A stretch of DNA of 64,000 bases, taken from NCBI GenBank assembly GCA_963762565.1, contig CAVXLD010000007.1, forward strand, positions 480,001 through 544,000, in the 5' to 3' direction. Shown here piece by piece: positions 50,690-58,989 of this stretch. Every line of letters begins with the position of its first letter. Within the stretch, counting starts at the first letter, position 1. A model generated the notes under the pieces. The model ran no database searches. It saw only the letters and a program-made list of their open reading frames with translations, and was not told where the DNA came from. The DNA is from an uncultured Verrucomicrobiae bacterium. GTDB lineage: Bacteria; Verrucomicrobiota; Verrucomicrobiia; Chthoniobacterales; JAFAMB01. The translations under genes and the position numbers were made by a program.

Positions 50690-52264
50690 GTGATTGATGA
50701 TGTAGCAGTGATCGTTGATGTAACCTTGGTCGGGACCAGACCAACAGTTCACCGGTTGATTTCAATCCCATATGCCCTCCCGCTGAATCGCTTTCATTCC
50801 GTCCTCCAGGTCGTGATGGGGTGGGATGGACAGGCGGCACACATTTTTGCGGGCGGGGATCTGATCGCCGCTGACCCGAACGAGGTCTCCCTGCCGGATG
50901 GCGACCCCGAAGATGAGTCTCAGCTGATCGTGAAAGACCTTCTTCCTTTTGTTACCGCCGAGGCATGCTATTACTACGACCTCTCGACGGAATGGGCCCA
51001 TCGTCTCCGGTTTCTGGGATTCGACCATCAGCCTAGAACGAATGAAATCACACTGCTAAAGGCGCGTGGTAAATGTCCGGTCGAAAGCGCTGCGCTCCGG
51101 ACCTCGGCCCACGTCGCTAAACGGGGCGATAGGGCGAAGTCTGCGAAAAAGGGGAGCAGCAACCATTCGTCGAGCGTCCGAAAGAGCAAGTCAAACACGG
51201 AAAACAGTTCTGTCGATCTGGCGTCGATCAATGACGAGCTTACTCGCCTGAGTCGCCGTTGGCGGCGAAGGCGCCGCCCCCCGGCCAAGAACGGGAGTTC
51301 TGAAATGATATTGCTGGACACCGCAAAAATTCGCGCGGGCTACCTTTCGGATCTTCAGAACGTCAGAAATAGGGTCCTGGCAATCGAAGACGATCTGGCC
51401 CGGCACGAGTCTCAGGACGTTCCAGAACTCCGGCGTTACGTGAACATCGAATTTGGCCCGCGTTTCTCGATCATGCGCGAATTGCAACAAGAGATTGATT
51501 GGCTGGCTGCTCGCCTGGCCCTGGTGCAAAAATTGATGCAACACGGTGTCCGCCCCGTCGGCAAAGCGTACCTCCAGGCTATTCAGATAGAAACCGGTGA
51601 AGCGCCTTACCCGGATTTTCCTCCACAGCGTGACGAACCCCCGCTAGAGGTCTCTGAACCGGAAAACAGATTCGACCGCGAGACGATCAAGAATTTTATC
51701 TCGGAAACGGGCAACGAATTTATGACGGACGAAGAAGTCGAAGCGCTTACGGAAGATGTCCTGGAGGCAGCCGGCAAACGAGACCTCGTCGCGGAGTGCA
51801 AAAGTCTTTACCGAAAGATCGTTTCGTTACTGCATCCGGATCGAGCAGGAGAGATGACCTCGGAGAGAAAGGATCTGTGGTTGCGGGCCCAGGCTGCGTA
51901 TGCCGATGGCGACGTGCTCAGTTTGCGATCGATCTTGGATCGATGCGGAGCCGGTACGCGTGACCAATACTTGATCTGCTCGGAGATTATCGAAGCGATC
52001 GCGGAGGCCGCGGTCCAATTGCAAGCGATCGAGATGTTCCGCGAACGCGAGGCAAAGGAGGCGAGTTGGGATTTTTGTCGTTTAAGCGAGAAGAGGAGAA
52101 GGAGTCGTTTACGCCGCGTCACAAAGGATCTTGATGAGGAGGAGAATGACCTGAGAATCCAGGTGGCAGAGCTGCAAAGAGAATGTAAGAGCCTGGAAGA
52201 AAAGGCGAAGGATTGGGAGAGCCGCCAGGGAGATGGGACGGCGCAGATGGATCTGTTCCGGTGA
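50690..52264 (+). CDS. pRiA4b ORF3-like domain fused to coiled-coil/J-domain-like region
   Basis: H..LQ..MGW....H.F, YYYD....W.H, CP.E; later LYRKIVSLLHPDR. Confidence 0.65.
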   Translation: MIDDVAVIVDVTLVGTRPTVHRLISIPYALPLNRFHSVLQVVMGWDGQAAHIFAGGDLIAADPNEVSLPDGDPEDESQLIVKDLLPFVTAEACYYYDLSTEWAHRLRFLGFDHQPRTNEITLLKARGKCPVESAALRTSAHVAKRGDRAKSAKKGSSNHSSSVRKSKSNTENSSVDLASINDELTRLSRRWRRRRRPPAKNGSSEMILLDTAKIRAGYLSDLQNVRNRVLAIEDDLARHESQDVPELRRYVNIEFGPRFSIMRELQQEIDWLAARLALVQKLMQHGVRPVGKAYLQAIQIETGEAPYPDFPPQRDEPPLEVSEPENRFDRETIKNFISETGNEFMTDEEVEALTEDVLEAAGKRDLVAECKSLYRKIVSLLHPDRAGEMTSERKDLWLRAQAAYADGDVLSLRSILDRCGAGTRDQYLICSEIIEAIAEAAVQLQAIEMFREREAKEASWDFCRLSEKRRRSRLRRVTKDLDEEENDLRIQVAELQRECKSLEEKAKDWESRQGDGTAQMDLFR

Positions 52265-52317
52265 GGGCTGGGGGATGATTGTGATTGGTGATTAGTGACC
52301 GGTGATTTGTGGGGCAG

Positions 52318-52542
52318 GCCTAATTTGGTAGAGGCTCCCGAAAGACCGTGTGTTTCGCCAGGGGAAATCGACGGACACCAAATGAGTAGTGGGTTACTCC
52401 CTCGAAACGCGCCGAGCCGTGATCCAGCGCTCGACCACGGCTCGGCGCGCTTTTTGGTGTATCCGCATAGTTCGGCCAGGACAATCGGCTGCTTCGATTC
52501 AATTGCGCGGTCTTTCGGGAGCCTCGCCTCACCAAATTAGGC
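52318..52542. repeat. REP-like inverted element (sister of 32225-32448) within (TGATTGG)n arms
   Basis: gcctaatttggt..gaggctcccgaaagaccg / cggtctttcgggagcctcg..accaaattaggc. Confidence 0.8.
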
Positions 52543-52578
52543 CACCGCCACCCACCAATCACCAATCACGCTTCCGAC

Positions 52579-53421
52579 CTATCCTTGCACCGTAAGCTGG
52601 CGTTGTTCGCCCAAACGCTCGACCCCTAGTCTAACCACCTGACCTGGTTTCAAAAAGACGGGGGGTTTCATGGCCATACCCACACCCGGAGGAGTTCCAG
52701 TGGCGATGACATCGCCCGGGTTCAGAGTCATGATCCGGCTCAAATAACTCACCAGTATCGCAACGCTGAACACCATGGTTTTGGTGGTACCGGATTGCCG
52801 GCGGACACCATCAATTTCAAGCCAGAGCTGCAGATTCTGCGGATCTGGTACTTCGTCCTTAGTCACCAACCAGGGACCAATCGGTCCGAACGTATCGAAT
52901 CCCTTGCCTTTATCCCAGGTTGGTCCGCGCTCGATTTGGTACTCGCGTTCGGAGACATCATTCACGACGCAATAGCCCGCCACGTAATTCAACGCGTCCG
53001 TCTCGGATACCCGCTGCGCGGTTTGTCCAATGATCACACCTAGTTCGACTTCCCAATCCGTCTTGGTCGACCCTGGCGGAATTTGAATGTCATCGTTGCA
53101 ACCGTTGACGCAGGTAACCCATTTGTTGAACACGACCGGCTCTTTTGGAATAGCTGCACCGGTCTCTGCGGCGTGATCCGCGTAGTTGAGCCCAATCCCG
53201 ACAAATTTGCCGATAGCACCTACACAGGCACCAATTCTCGGTTCGCCGGGAACCGGCGGCAGCCCGGCAGGATCGATCGCCCGTAGCCGGGCCAGCGATT
53301 CGTCAGATAGAACCGGCCCCGCAACATCCGTTATCACAGCTGACAGATCTCGTATTTTACCGTCGTTATCGAGAAGTCCCGGCTTTTCCTGGCCCTTTGG
53401 CCCGTAGCGCAACAATTTCAT
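52579..53421 (-). CDS. Fumarylacetoacetate hydrolase family protein
   Basis: IGLNY.DHA.E, DWEVEL, NDVSER, KG.DTFGP.GP, PGDVI.TGTP.GVG. Confidence 0.93.
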   Translation of the reverse strand: MKLLRYGPKGQEKPGLLDNDGKIRDLSAVITDVAGPVLSDESLARLRAIDPAGLPPVPGEPRIGACVGAIGKFVGIGLNYADHAAETGAAIPKEPVVFNKWVTCVNGCNDDIQIPPGSTKTDWEVELGVIIGQTAQRVSETDALNYVAGYCVVNDVSEREYQIERGPTWDKGKGFDTFGPIGPWLVTKDEVPDPQNLQLWLEIDGVRRQSGTTKTMVFSVAILVSYLSRIMTLNPGDVIATGTPPGVGMAMKPPVFLKPGQVVRLGVERLGEQRQLTVQG

Positions 53422-53772
53422 GATAAGATTAAGAAAATTCGAGCGGCCTTCACGACCGCAGCATCGATTAGCGCGACGAGGGGAGAATAGCAAGCGCTGC
53501 GCGCATGACCAATAGCCGATAGCCAATAGCCAAAGGGGATAGCAGCGGCGTGTGGGCGTATCGGCGTATCGGCGTTAGCGCGTAGCGACGTCGTATATGC
53601 CGCGTTAATGAAATCGTGTCGGGGTGGCACGGATGGGACCTATAGGACACATGGGACTTATAGGAGCCGTCTCATTAGTCCCATTTGTCCCATAAGTCCT
53701 ATCCGTGCCATCCCAAGGCGGTCTCATTCAGCCAGCGTACTCCACGTCGTTGCGCCCACACGCCTACACGCC

Positions 53773-54519
53773 TCATCCCGTCCATCCGCCGTCAATCACA
53801 TGAGTCTGTCCCGTGGTGAACCCGGACTCATCCGATGCCAGGTACACCGCCAGCGCCGCGATTTCTTCGGGGCGACCCAACCGGCTCATCGGTTGCCGGG
53901 CGACGAACACCTCGCGAACCTCGGTTTCCGTCTTACCTTCGGATTGAGCTTGGACCGCTATCCGTTGGGCAAGCGATGGGGAATCTACGGTGCCAGGACA
54001 AATCGCGTTGCAGCGAATCTTTTGCTTTAAAAAATCAGCAGCTATGGACTTGGTGAGTCCGACCACCGCCGCCTTGGTGACGCTATATACAAATCGGTTC
54101 GGAACACCTTTTATCGATCCAGCTACGGAAGACACATTAATAATCGAAGCGCCGCCGCGAGCGACCATGTCGGGAAGAAACGCTTTAGTCAGCCGAAACA
54201 TCGAACGGACGTTCAACGTCATAGCAAAATCCCAATCTTCTTCTGTGCATTCCAGGATAGACCCAGGATGAACGAATCCGGCGCAATTGACTAAGACATC
54301 CAGCGCGCCGATCTGGGCCGCACATTCCGCGATCTTGTCTGGTTTGGTAACGTCCAGGTAAAGAGGCTTTACGCCGGTTAGCTTGGCCAAGGCTTCCGCG
54401 TTGATATCGGCGGCGAATACTTGCGCTCCTTCTCTTACAAAGGCGTCTGCAGTTGCGCGTCCAATGCCTTGTGCCGCCGCTGTAACCAAAGCGATCTTAT
54501 TAGAAAGTCGTCCACTCAT
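53773..54519 (-). CDS. SDR oxidoreductase (BDH2/2-keto-3-deoxy-sugar-acid dehydrogenase-like)
   Basis: TAAAQGIG, NCAG, YSVTK (YxxxK), CPGTVDSPS. Confidence 0.9.
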   Translation of the reverse strand: MSGRLSNKIALVTAAAQGIGRATADAFVREGAQVFAADINAEALAKLTGVKPLYLDVTKPDKIAECAAQIGALDVLVNCAGFVHPGSILECTEEDWDFAMTLNVRSMFRLTKAFLPDMVARGGASIINVSSVAGSIKGVPNRFVYSVTKAAVVGLTKSIAADFLKQKIRCNAICPGTVDSPSLAQRIAVQAQSEGKTETEVREVFVARQPMSRLGRPEEIAALAVYLASDESGFTTGQTHVIDGGWTG

Positions 54520-54525
54520 TACGGT

Positions 54526-54645
54526 TTGTAGGTTCTAAGTTGTAGGTTCTAAGTTGCGGGTTCTAAGTTGCGGGTTCTAGGTCGGGTAGCGACCAACTTA
54601 AAACCTGCAACCTACAACCTAAAACTTAAAACCTATAACCTATAA
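54526..54645. repeat. Heptamer-periodic inverted repeat (ggttctaagttgta / cctataa)
   Basis: tgtaggttctaagttgtaggttctaagttg ... aacctacaacctaaaacttaaaacctataacctataac. Confidence 0.75.
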
Positions 54646-54666
54646 CGCGGCGCGCTAGATAGCGGA

Positions 54667-55551
54667 TCACTGCAAGCAAGTCCCGACGGTTCGAGCAACA
54701 CTGGCGATCAAGCTTGCTTGATCTCGGTTGCTCGCGTGGGAATTAGAGATGAATACCGCGGCGACGACGAAACTCTTTGGGTCCGGCGCGATTAGAACTC
54801 CCACGTCATTAGTAGCGCTAGCAACGCCCTTCGAGGTGGTACCTGTGCCGGTCTTATGGGCTAGCAGCCAGCCGTTCGGTAGGCCCGCCTTTAGCCCGTC
54901 AGGAAAAGCGCGGGTCCTGCTCATCGTCTCGAGTAAGAATGACGAGGAAGACGGAGACAGGAGCCATCCGTTAACCAGCCGCTGTAAAAGGTTAGCGACC
55001 GCGATTGGCGTCCCGGTATCATGATGTCTAGCGGCAAAGGTTCGGGGGTCCGGTTCATTCCGATCGATTTTAAATCCCCGAATCCCTTTCTTAATTAGGA
55101 CGCTCTGGACGACGTCTGGGCCCCCCAAGCGTGTTATCAGAGAATCTGTCGCTGTGCTGTCGTTATCGGCAATCATGCGAGTCAGCAGATCCCGTATCGT
55201 CGTTTTAGAACTGGTGTGATCAGCCAACTGTGGCGGATTCTGACCAGCCGTGCCAGAAGTGTGCGGTTCGGTAGTGACGTGGTCGTCTAAATGGATTTTG
55301 CTATTGTCGACGACATCCAGTACCGCCACCGCGACGGGGAGTTCAACTACGTTGTAAAGAGGGAACTGATCGCCTCCGTGCAAAGACGCGCCCTTTTGGC
55401 CATCGGAAACACAAATGCCAATTCGGCCGCTAACCCCGGCAGTGAGGATCTGGATTTCGGTATTCAGACAGATCGTGTTCAAGGATGCGGCTAGAGCGAA
55501 ACCGGGCGTGAGATTTAAACAGACTAACAGCAAAACGGAGGACAACCTCAT
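54667..55551 (-). CDS. Exported class A beta-lactamase-like protein, catalytic S70/K73 replaced
   Basis: FPLYNVVELP in place of FPxxSxxK, NDS for SDN, DRNE and HKTGT retained, NDVG. Confidence 0.8.
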   Translation of the reverse strand: MRLSSVLLLVCLNLTPGFALAASLNTICLNTEIQILTAGVSGRIGICVSDGQKGASLHGGDQFPLYNVVELPVAVAVLDVVDNSKIHLDDHVTTEPHTSGTAGQNPPQLADHTSSKTTIRDLLTRMIADNDSTATDSLITRLGGPDVVQSVLIKKGIRGFKIDRNEPDPRTFAARHHDTGTPIAVANLLQRLVNGWLLSPSSSSFLLETMSRTRAFPDGLKAGLPNGWLLAHKTGTGTTSKGVASATNDVGVLIAPDPKSFVVAAVFISNSHASNRDQASLIASVARTVGTCLQ

Positions 55552-55657
55552 AAGCAGACTGCGTGTAAGCTGTTTATGCCAACTCGTCTAGGCTTATGTC
55601 GAGACCGTGTCGAGGACAGCGGCTTCCGGTTGGGAGGCCAAAAATCAGACCAGACAT

Positions 55658-55753
55658 CACAATACGGAAAGGTCACGAAGGACACAAAGACTGAACCTAC
55701 GATGTCATCTTCAGTTTCAGTCTTCGTGTCCTTTGTGGTCTTTACCTATTGTG
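55658..55753. repeat. CACAATACGG-family element flanked by ~40-bp degenerate direct repeats
   Basis: cacaatacggaaaggtcacgaaggacacaaagactgaa ... ttcagtcttcgtgtcctttgtggtctttacctattgtg. Confidence 0.8.
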
Positions 55754-55932
55754 GATCTTCCGTTCTCAGCAGCGGCCCCCGGTTGGGAGCTAAAATCAAA
55801 CCAGAGATGGGAGCCTCACCCCACCAAAAACCATTCAGCGTTTCCGCAACGCGGTTTAACGACCGGTGGAACCGCTTGGCAGACTCGGCTTGCCTGTGGC
55901 AACCAGCACCCTATCGTGTACATTCAATTTTT

Positions 55933-57081
55933 GTGAGCGAAAGGGCAGCGAAACGTTCGTTCGGGTTGCCGGATTGGTTACAATCCAGTCTGGAGAACCC
56001 GCTGCTGGGGATTGATCACCAGCGGCCAGTATTGGGCCATCCTATCTATTGGGTTTGCCAGCTCGGCGGCTGGGGCAGCCTTTTCGTTTTGATGGGGATC
56101 GGGTTTCTTAACGATCCATTTCAAAGGGCGCACGCGGTCGCTGTAGCCGACCAATTTATCTTTTCCATTTTTGGCCTCCTCTTCACCCACACGTTTCGAG
56201 CGCTCTACCACTTGAGGAATTGGAAAAATCTTCGTGGAACGACCTTCGCCCCAAAAGTGGCGCTGAGTTGTCTGATATTTGCGATTCTAGAAACGTTGGT
56301 CACTCATTTCGCCGTGTTCTGTTTCGTGGGCGTGCCCTCTGATACCAATCATGTATTTTCCGGACGTCTCATTTTCGGGTCTATTCAGAACACGCTTACC
56401 TTAGTCGCCTGGACTGCTCTTTATCTGGGATATCAATATCAGCGCGAGCTTCAAGAAGAGCGAATTAACCGGATCCTATTAGATGCGGAGCTTAAGGAAG
56501 CGCAGCTCCAGAGGCTCAGGAGTCAGATTAACCCGCACTTTCTATTTAACAGTTTGAATACCATTAGAGCAATTGCCGGCGTAGACGCCGAGCTCACGCG
56601 CGAAGCGGTTACCCGACTTGCGGAATTAATGCGGGCTGCTCTTGAGAGTTCAGAGGAAAAGGTGGTGACCTTTAGCGAGGAACTCCGCATTGTGGAAGCC
56701 TATCTGGGTCTTGAACAGCTGCGACACCGCGACCGGCTGATAATTGAAGCCTCGATCAACGAGGAATTGTTAAACGTGGCGGTGCCACCTTTGATCTGCC
56801 AAACGCTGGTAGAAAATGCATTGAAACACGGTGCGCATGCCAGTAATCAGCCCGGCACGGTGAAGTACACATTGACCGGCGACCAGAAGAATATCCGGTT
56901 TGAGGTGCGCAATCCCGGGTCGCTCAAGGCTCTGCCCCGCACGAATGGTACCGGCTTAGTAAACGCTAAAAGGCGGCTCCAACTGATCTACGGGCGAAAA
57001 GCTGCGCTGAATTTGCGAATGACAGACGCGGGCGAAGTCGCCGCTGAACTGGTGTTACCGAGGGTTGTTAGCGCATCATGA
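55933..57081 (+). CDS. LytS/YehU-type membrane sensor histidine kinase
   Basis: 4 TM segments, SQINPHFLFNSLN, QTLVENALKHG, GTGL.N. Confidence 0.9.
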   Translation: MSERAAKRSFGLPDWLQSSLENPLLGIDHQRPVLGHPIYWVCQLGGWGSLFVLMGIGFLNDPFQRAHAVAVADQFIFSIFGLLFTHTFRALYHLRNWKNLRGTTFAPKVALSCLIFAILETLVTHFAVFCFVGVPSDTNHVFSGRLIFGSIQNTLTLVAWTALYLGYQYQRELQEERINRILLDAELKEAQLQRLRSQINPHFLFNSLNTIRAIAGVDAELTREAVTRLAELMRAALESSEEKVVTFSEELRIVEAYLGLEQLRHRDRLIIEASINEELLNVAVPPLICQTLVENALKHGAHASNQPGTVKYTLTGDQKNIRFEVRNPGSLKALPRTNGTGLVNAKRRLQLIYGRKAALNLRMTDAGEVAAELVLPRVVSAS

Positions 57082-57788
57082 AAGCGTTGATTGTTGATGA
57101 CGAACCTTGGGCCCGCTTCGAGATGGAGCGCTTGCTGGCTCCGTATAACTGGTTAACCATCGTCGGGCAAGCGGCTAGTGCGTCCGAAGCGATTGATTAT
57201 CTGCAGCGGGAGGAGTTGGATGCCGTGTTTCTTGACATACAAATGCGAGAAGGTGACGGGTTCTCCGTTTTGCCCAGCCTGCCTACACCGGCCCCGAAGA
57301 TCATTTTTACAACTGCTTACAGCAACTTTGCCGTCCGTGCATTCGAGGTTAATGCGCTGGATTATTTGTTAAAGCCGATCGCGCCGGATCGGTTAGCTAA
57401 AGCGATGAACCGGCTAAAAGAGCCCGAGCAAGAACCTAGAGTCGAACGAAATCTCGAGCCGGACGACCACATATTTGTTCAAGATGCGGGAGCTTGTTGG
57501 TTTGTTCCCGTGCGTAACATTCGGCTGCTCGAAGTCGATGGCGATTATACCAGGGTTTATTTTGGGCAACACGCGCCTTTGATTCATCGCACGGCTAGCG
57601 CTCTGGAGAATCGACTACCCAGTAGCCTGTTCTTTCGAGCTAACCGTAAGAACATTGTTAACCTAGCCTTTGTCGAATCGGTAACGCCCTGGTTTAGCCA
57701 AACGCTGAAGCTTACCCTAAAGGGCGGCGGAGAAGTAGAAATCTCTCGCCGAGCGACCCAAGCGCTGCGGAGAAAGTTAAGTTTGTAG
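57078..57788 (+). CDS. LytTR family response regulator
   Basis: VDDEP, FLDIQM, FTTAY, DYLLKP, FFRANR..IVN, SRR. Confidence 0.95.
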   Translation: MKALIVDDEPWARFEMERLLAPYNWLTIVGQAASASEAIDYLQREELDAVFLDIQMREGDGFSVLPSLPTPAPKIIFTTAYSNFAVRAFEVNALDYLLKPIAPDRLAKAMNRLKEPEQEPRVERNLEPDDHIFVQDAGACWFVPVRNIRLLEVDGDYTRVYFGQHAPLIHRTASALENRLPSSLFFRANRKNIVNLAFVESVTPWFSQTLKLTLKGGGEVEISRRATQALRRKLSL

Positions 57789-57943
57789 CGAGTGGCCCAT
57801 CGCCCAGGAGGGATCGCGTCCTCGCGAACAGTTGCTACAGAAGCCGAGAACCTGCTGTAATCGCAGACGAAAATAGACCGTTGGGTTGTGGGCCATCCTC
57901 GCGGCGCGCGGGGACGCGCGCCCTCCCCGAACTACAGCTCGGC

Positions 57944-58087
57944 TGACAATCCTGCCTCCGTTCGCTGGTCCCTCTAAGCCGTTCGTCGAAAGCAGTTAGC
58001 TTTCAATTCGATATTGAGTCATTAACTGCCCGTCAGTTACGAGGAAAGAAGTCGAGTACAACTGGACGCGATTGGACAAGGATGTCA
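57944..58087 (+). ncRNA. ssrS: Probable 6S RNA
   Basis: Long rod: tgacaatcct...tcgc..gtcc pairs with ggac.gcga...aggatgtca; central bubble gtccctctaagccg resembling enterobacterial 6S GTCCCCTGAGCCG; apical gcagtta/taactgc stem. Confidence 0.6.
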
Positions 58088-58093
58088 TCTAAC

Positions 58094-58127
58094 CGCACCG
58101 GATGGGTGTTCCCGTCCGGTGCGTCTT
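58094..58127 (+). terminator. Strong hairpin after the putative 6S RNA
   Basis: cgcaccggatggg-tgtt-cccgtccggtgcg followed by tctt. Confidence 0.55.
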
Positions 58128-58265
58128 AAGAGGAGTTCAGGAGTTGCAGGAGTTCAGGAGTTCAGGAGCCACCGTATAGAGCACGGGCTAATTAAGTATC
58201 CAACCCGGTTGAAGACGGTTTTGCCTTGCAATTTTCTGATCCGGCCCACCCTGAACTCCTACCAA

Positions 58266-58769
58266 TCACACCGCCCCTTCCTGTGTTGCGATGTTGCGGG
58301 TGGCTTGTTCCAATCGGAGTCGGTCCAGCTTATCAAAAGACAAATTGCAAAGAAGATCGACGCGCCGGTAGATCAGCTGCGACACTTTCCAGAAATGGTT
58401 GAAGGTGTCTCTTTCTGAACCGGAAAAATGTTCGGGATCCGGAGTGGACCAATGAGCGATGATTGGAGTACCGGTCCAAGTCCACGGTGGGACCTGGCCT
58501 TTCGCGTGTTCCGAGCTGGTAATGATTAAATCGAAAGATGCGTCTTTAAATTCGTCCCATGACTTGGGTCGAGCATCGGACGCATCGACCTTGTAAAGCT
58601 CGTTAAGTACACGGATCACAAAGGGATTGATCGTGGTCTCTGGATTTATCCCCGCACTGAAAGGCGTAAATTTTCCTTTGCTGAGTTTACGAATGAGATA
58701 TTCCGCGAAAATGCTGCGGGCGGTATTCCCCGCGCCGAGGAAGAGGATCTTTAGAGAAGGAGGTGTCAC
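58266..58769 (-). CDS. ArsC/LMW-PTP-fold protein lacking catalytic cysteines
   Basis: ILFLGAGNTARS (vs CxxNxxRS), FSAG..P, PKSWDEF, HWSTPDP. Confidence 0.8.
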   Translation of the reverse strand: MTPPSLKILFLGAGNTARSIFAEYLIRKLSKGKFTPFSAGINPETTINPFVIRVLNELYKVDASDARPKSWDEFKDASFDLIITSSEHAKGQVPPWTWTGTPIIAHWSTPDPEHFSGSERDTFNHFWKVSQLIYRRVDLLCNLSFDKLDRLRLEQATRNIATQEGAV

Positions 58770-58860
58770 GGTGAACTCCGGTTGGTGCTCTGGAGGCAGC
58801 TGTTTAGCGAAAAACAGCTTAATGGCCGGAACCAGCTTATAACAGAACAAACGGCCGGAG

Positions 58861-58965
58861 AAATGACAAATGACAAATGACAAATTGTTGCGGTACCCGT
58901 TGCGCGTACCGCCTAGATCCCCGCGCTTCTCGGCGGATCTGTCATTTGTAATCTGTTATTTGTCA
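58861..58965. repeat. (ATGACAA)n inverted pair; second pair at 60326-60424
   Basis: aaatgacaaatgacaaatgacaaa ... tgtcatttgtaatctgttatttgtcat. Confidence 0.8.
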
Positions 58966-58989
58966 TACACCGGTTGGGGTCAACCGGTG

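Noticed and set aside
40788..55753. CRISPR array interpretation of the CACAATACGG repeats
   Set aside because: Copies are inverted pairs scattered between genes, not regularly spaced direct repeats with unique spacers; no cas genes
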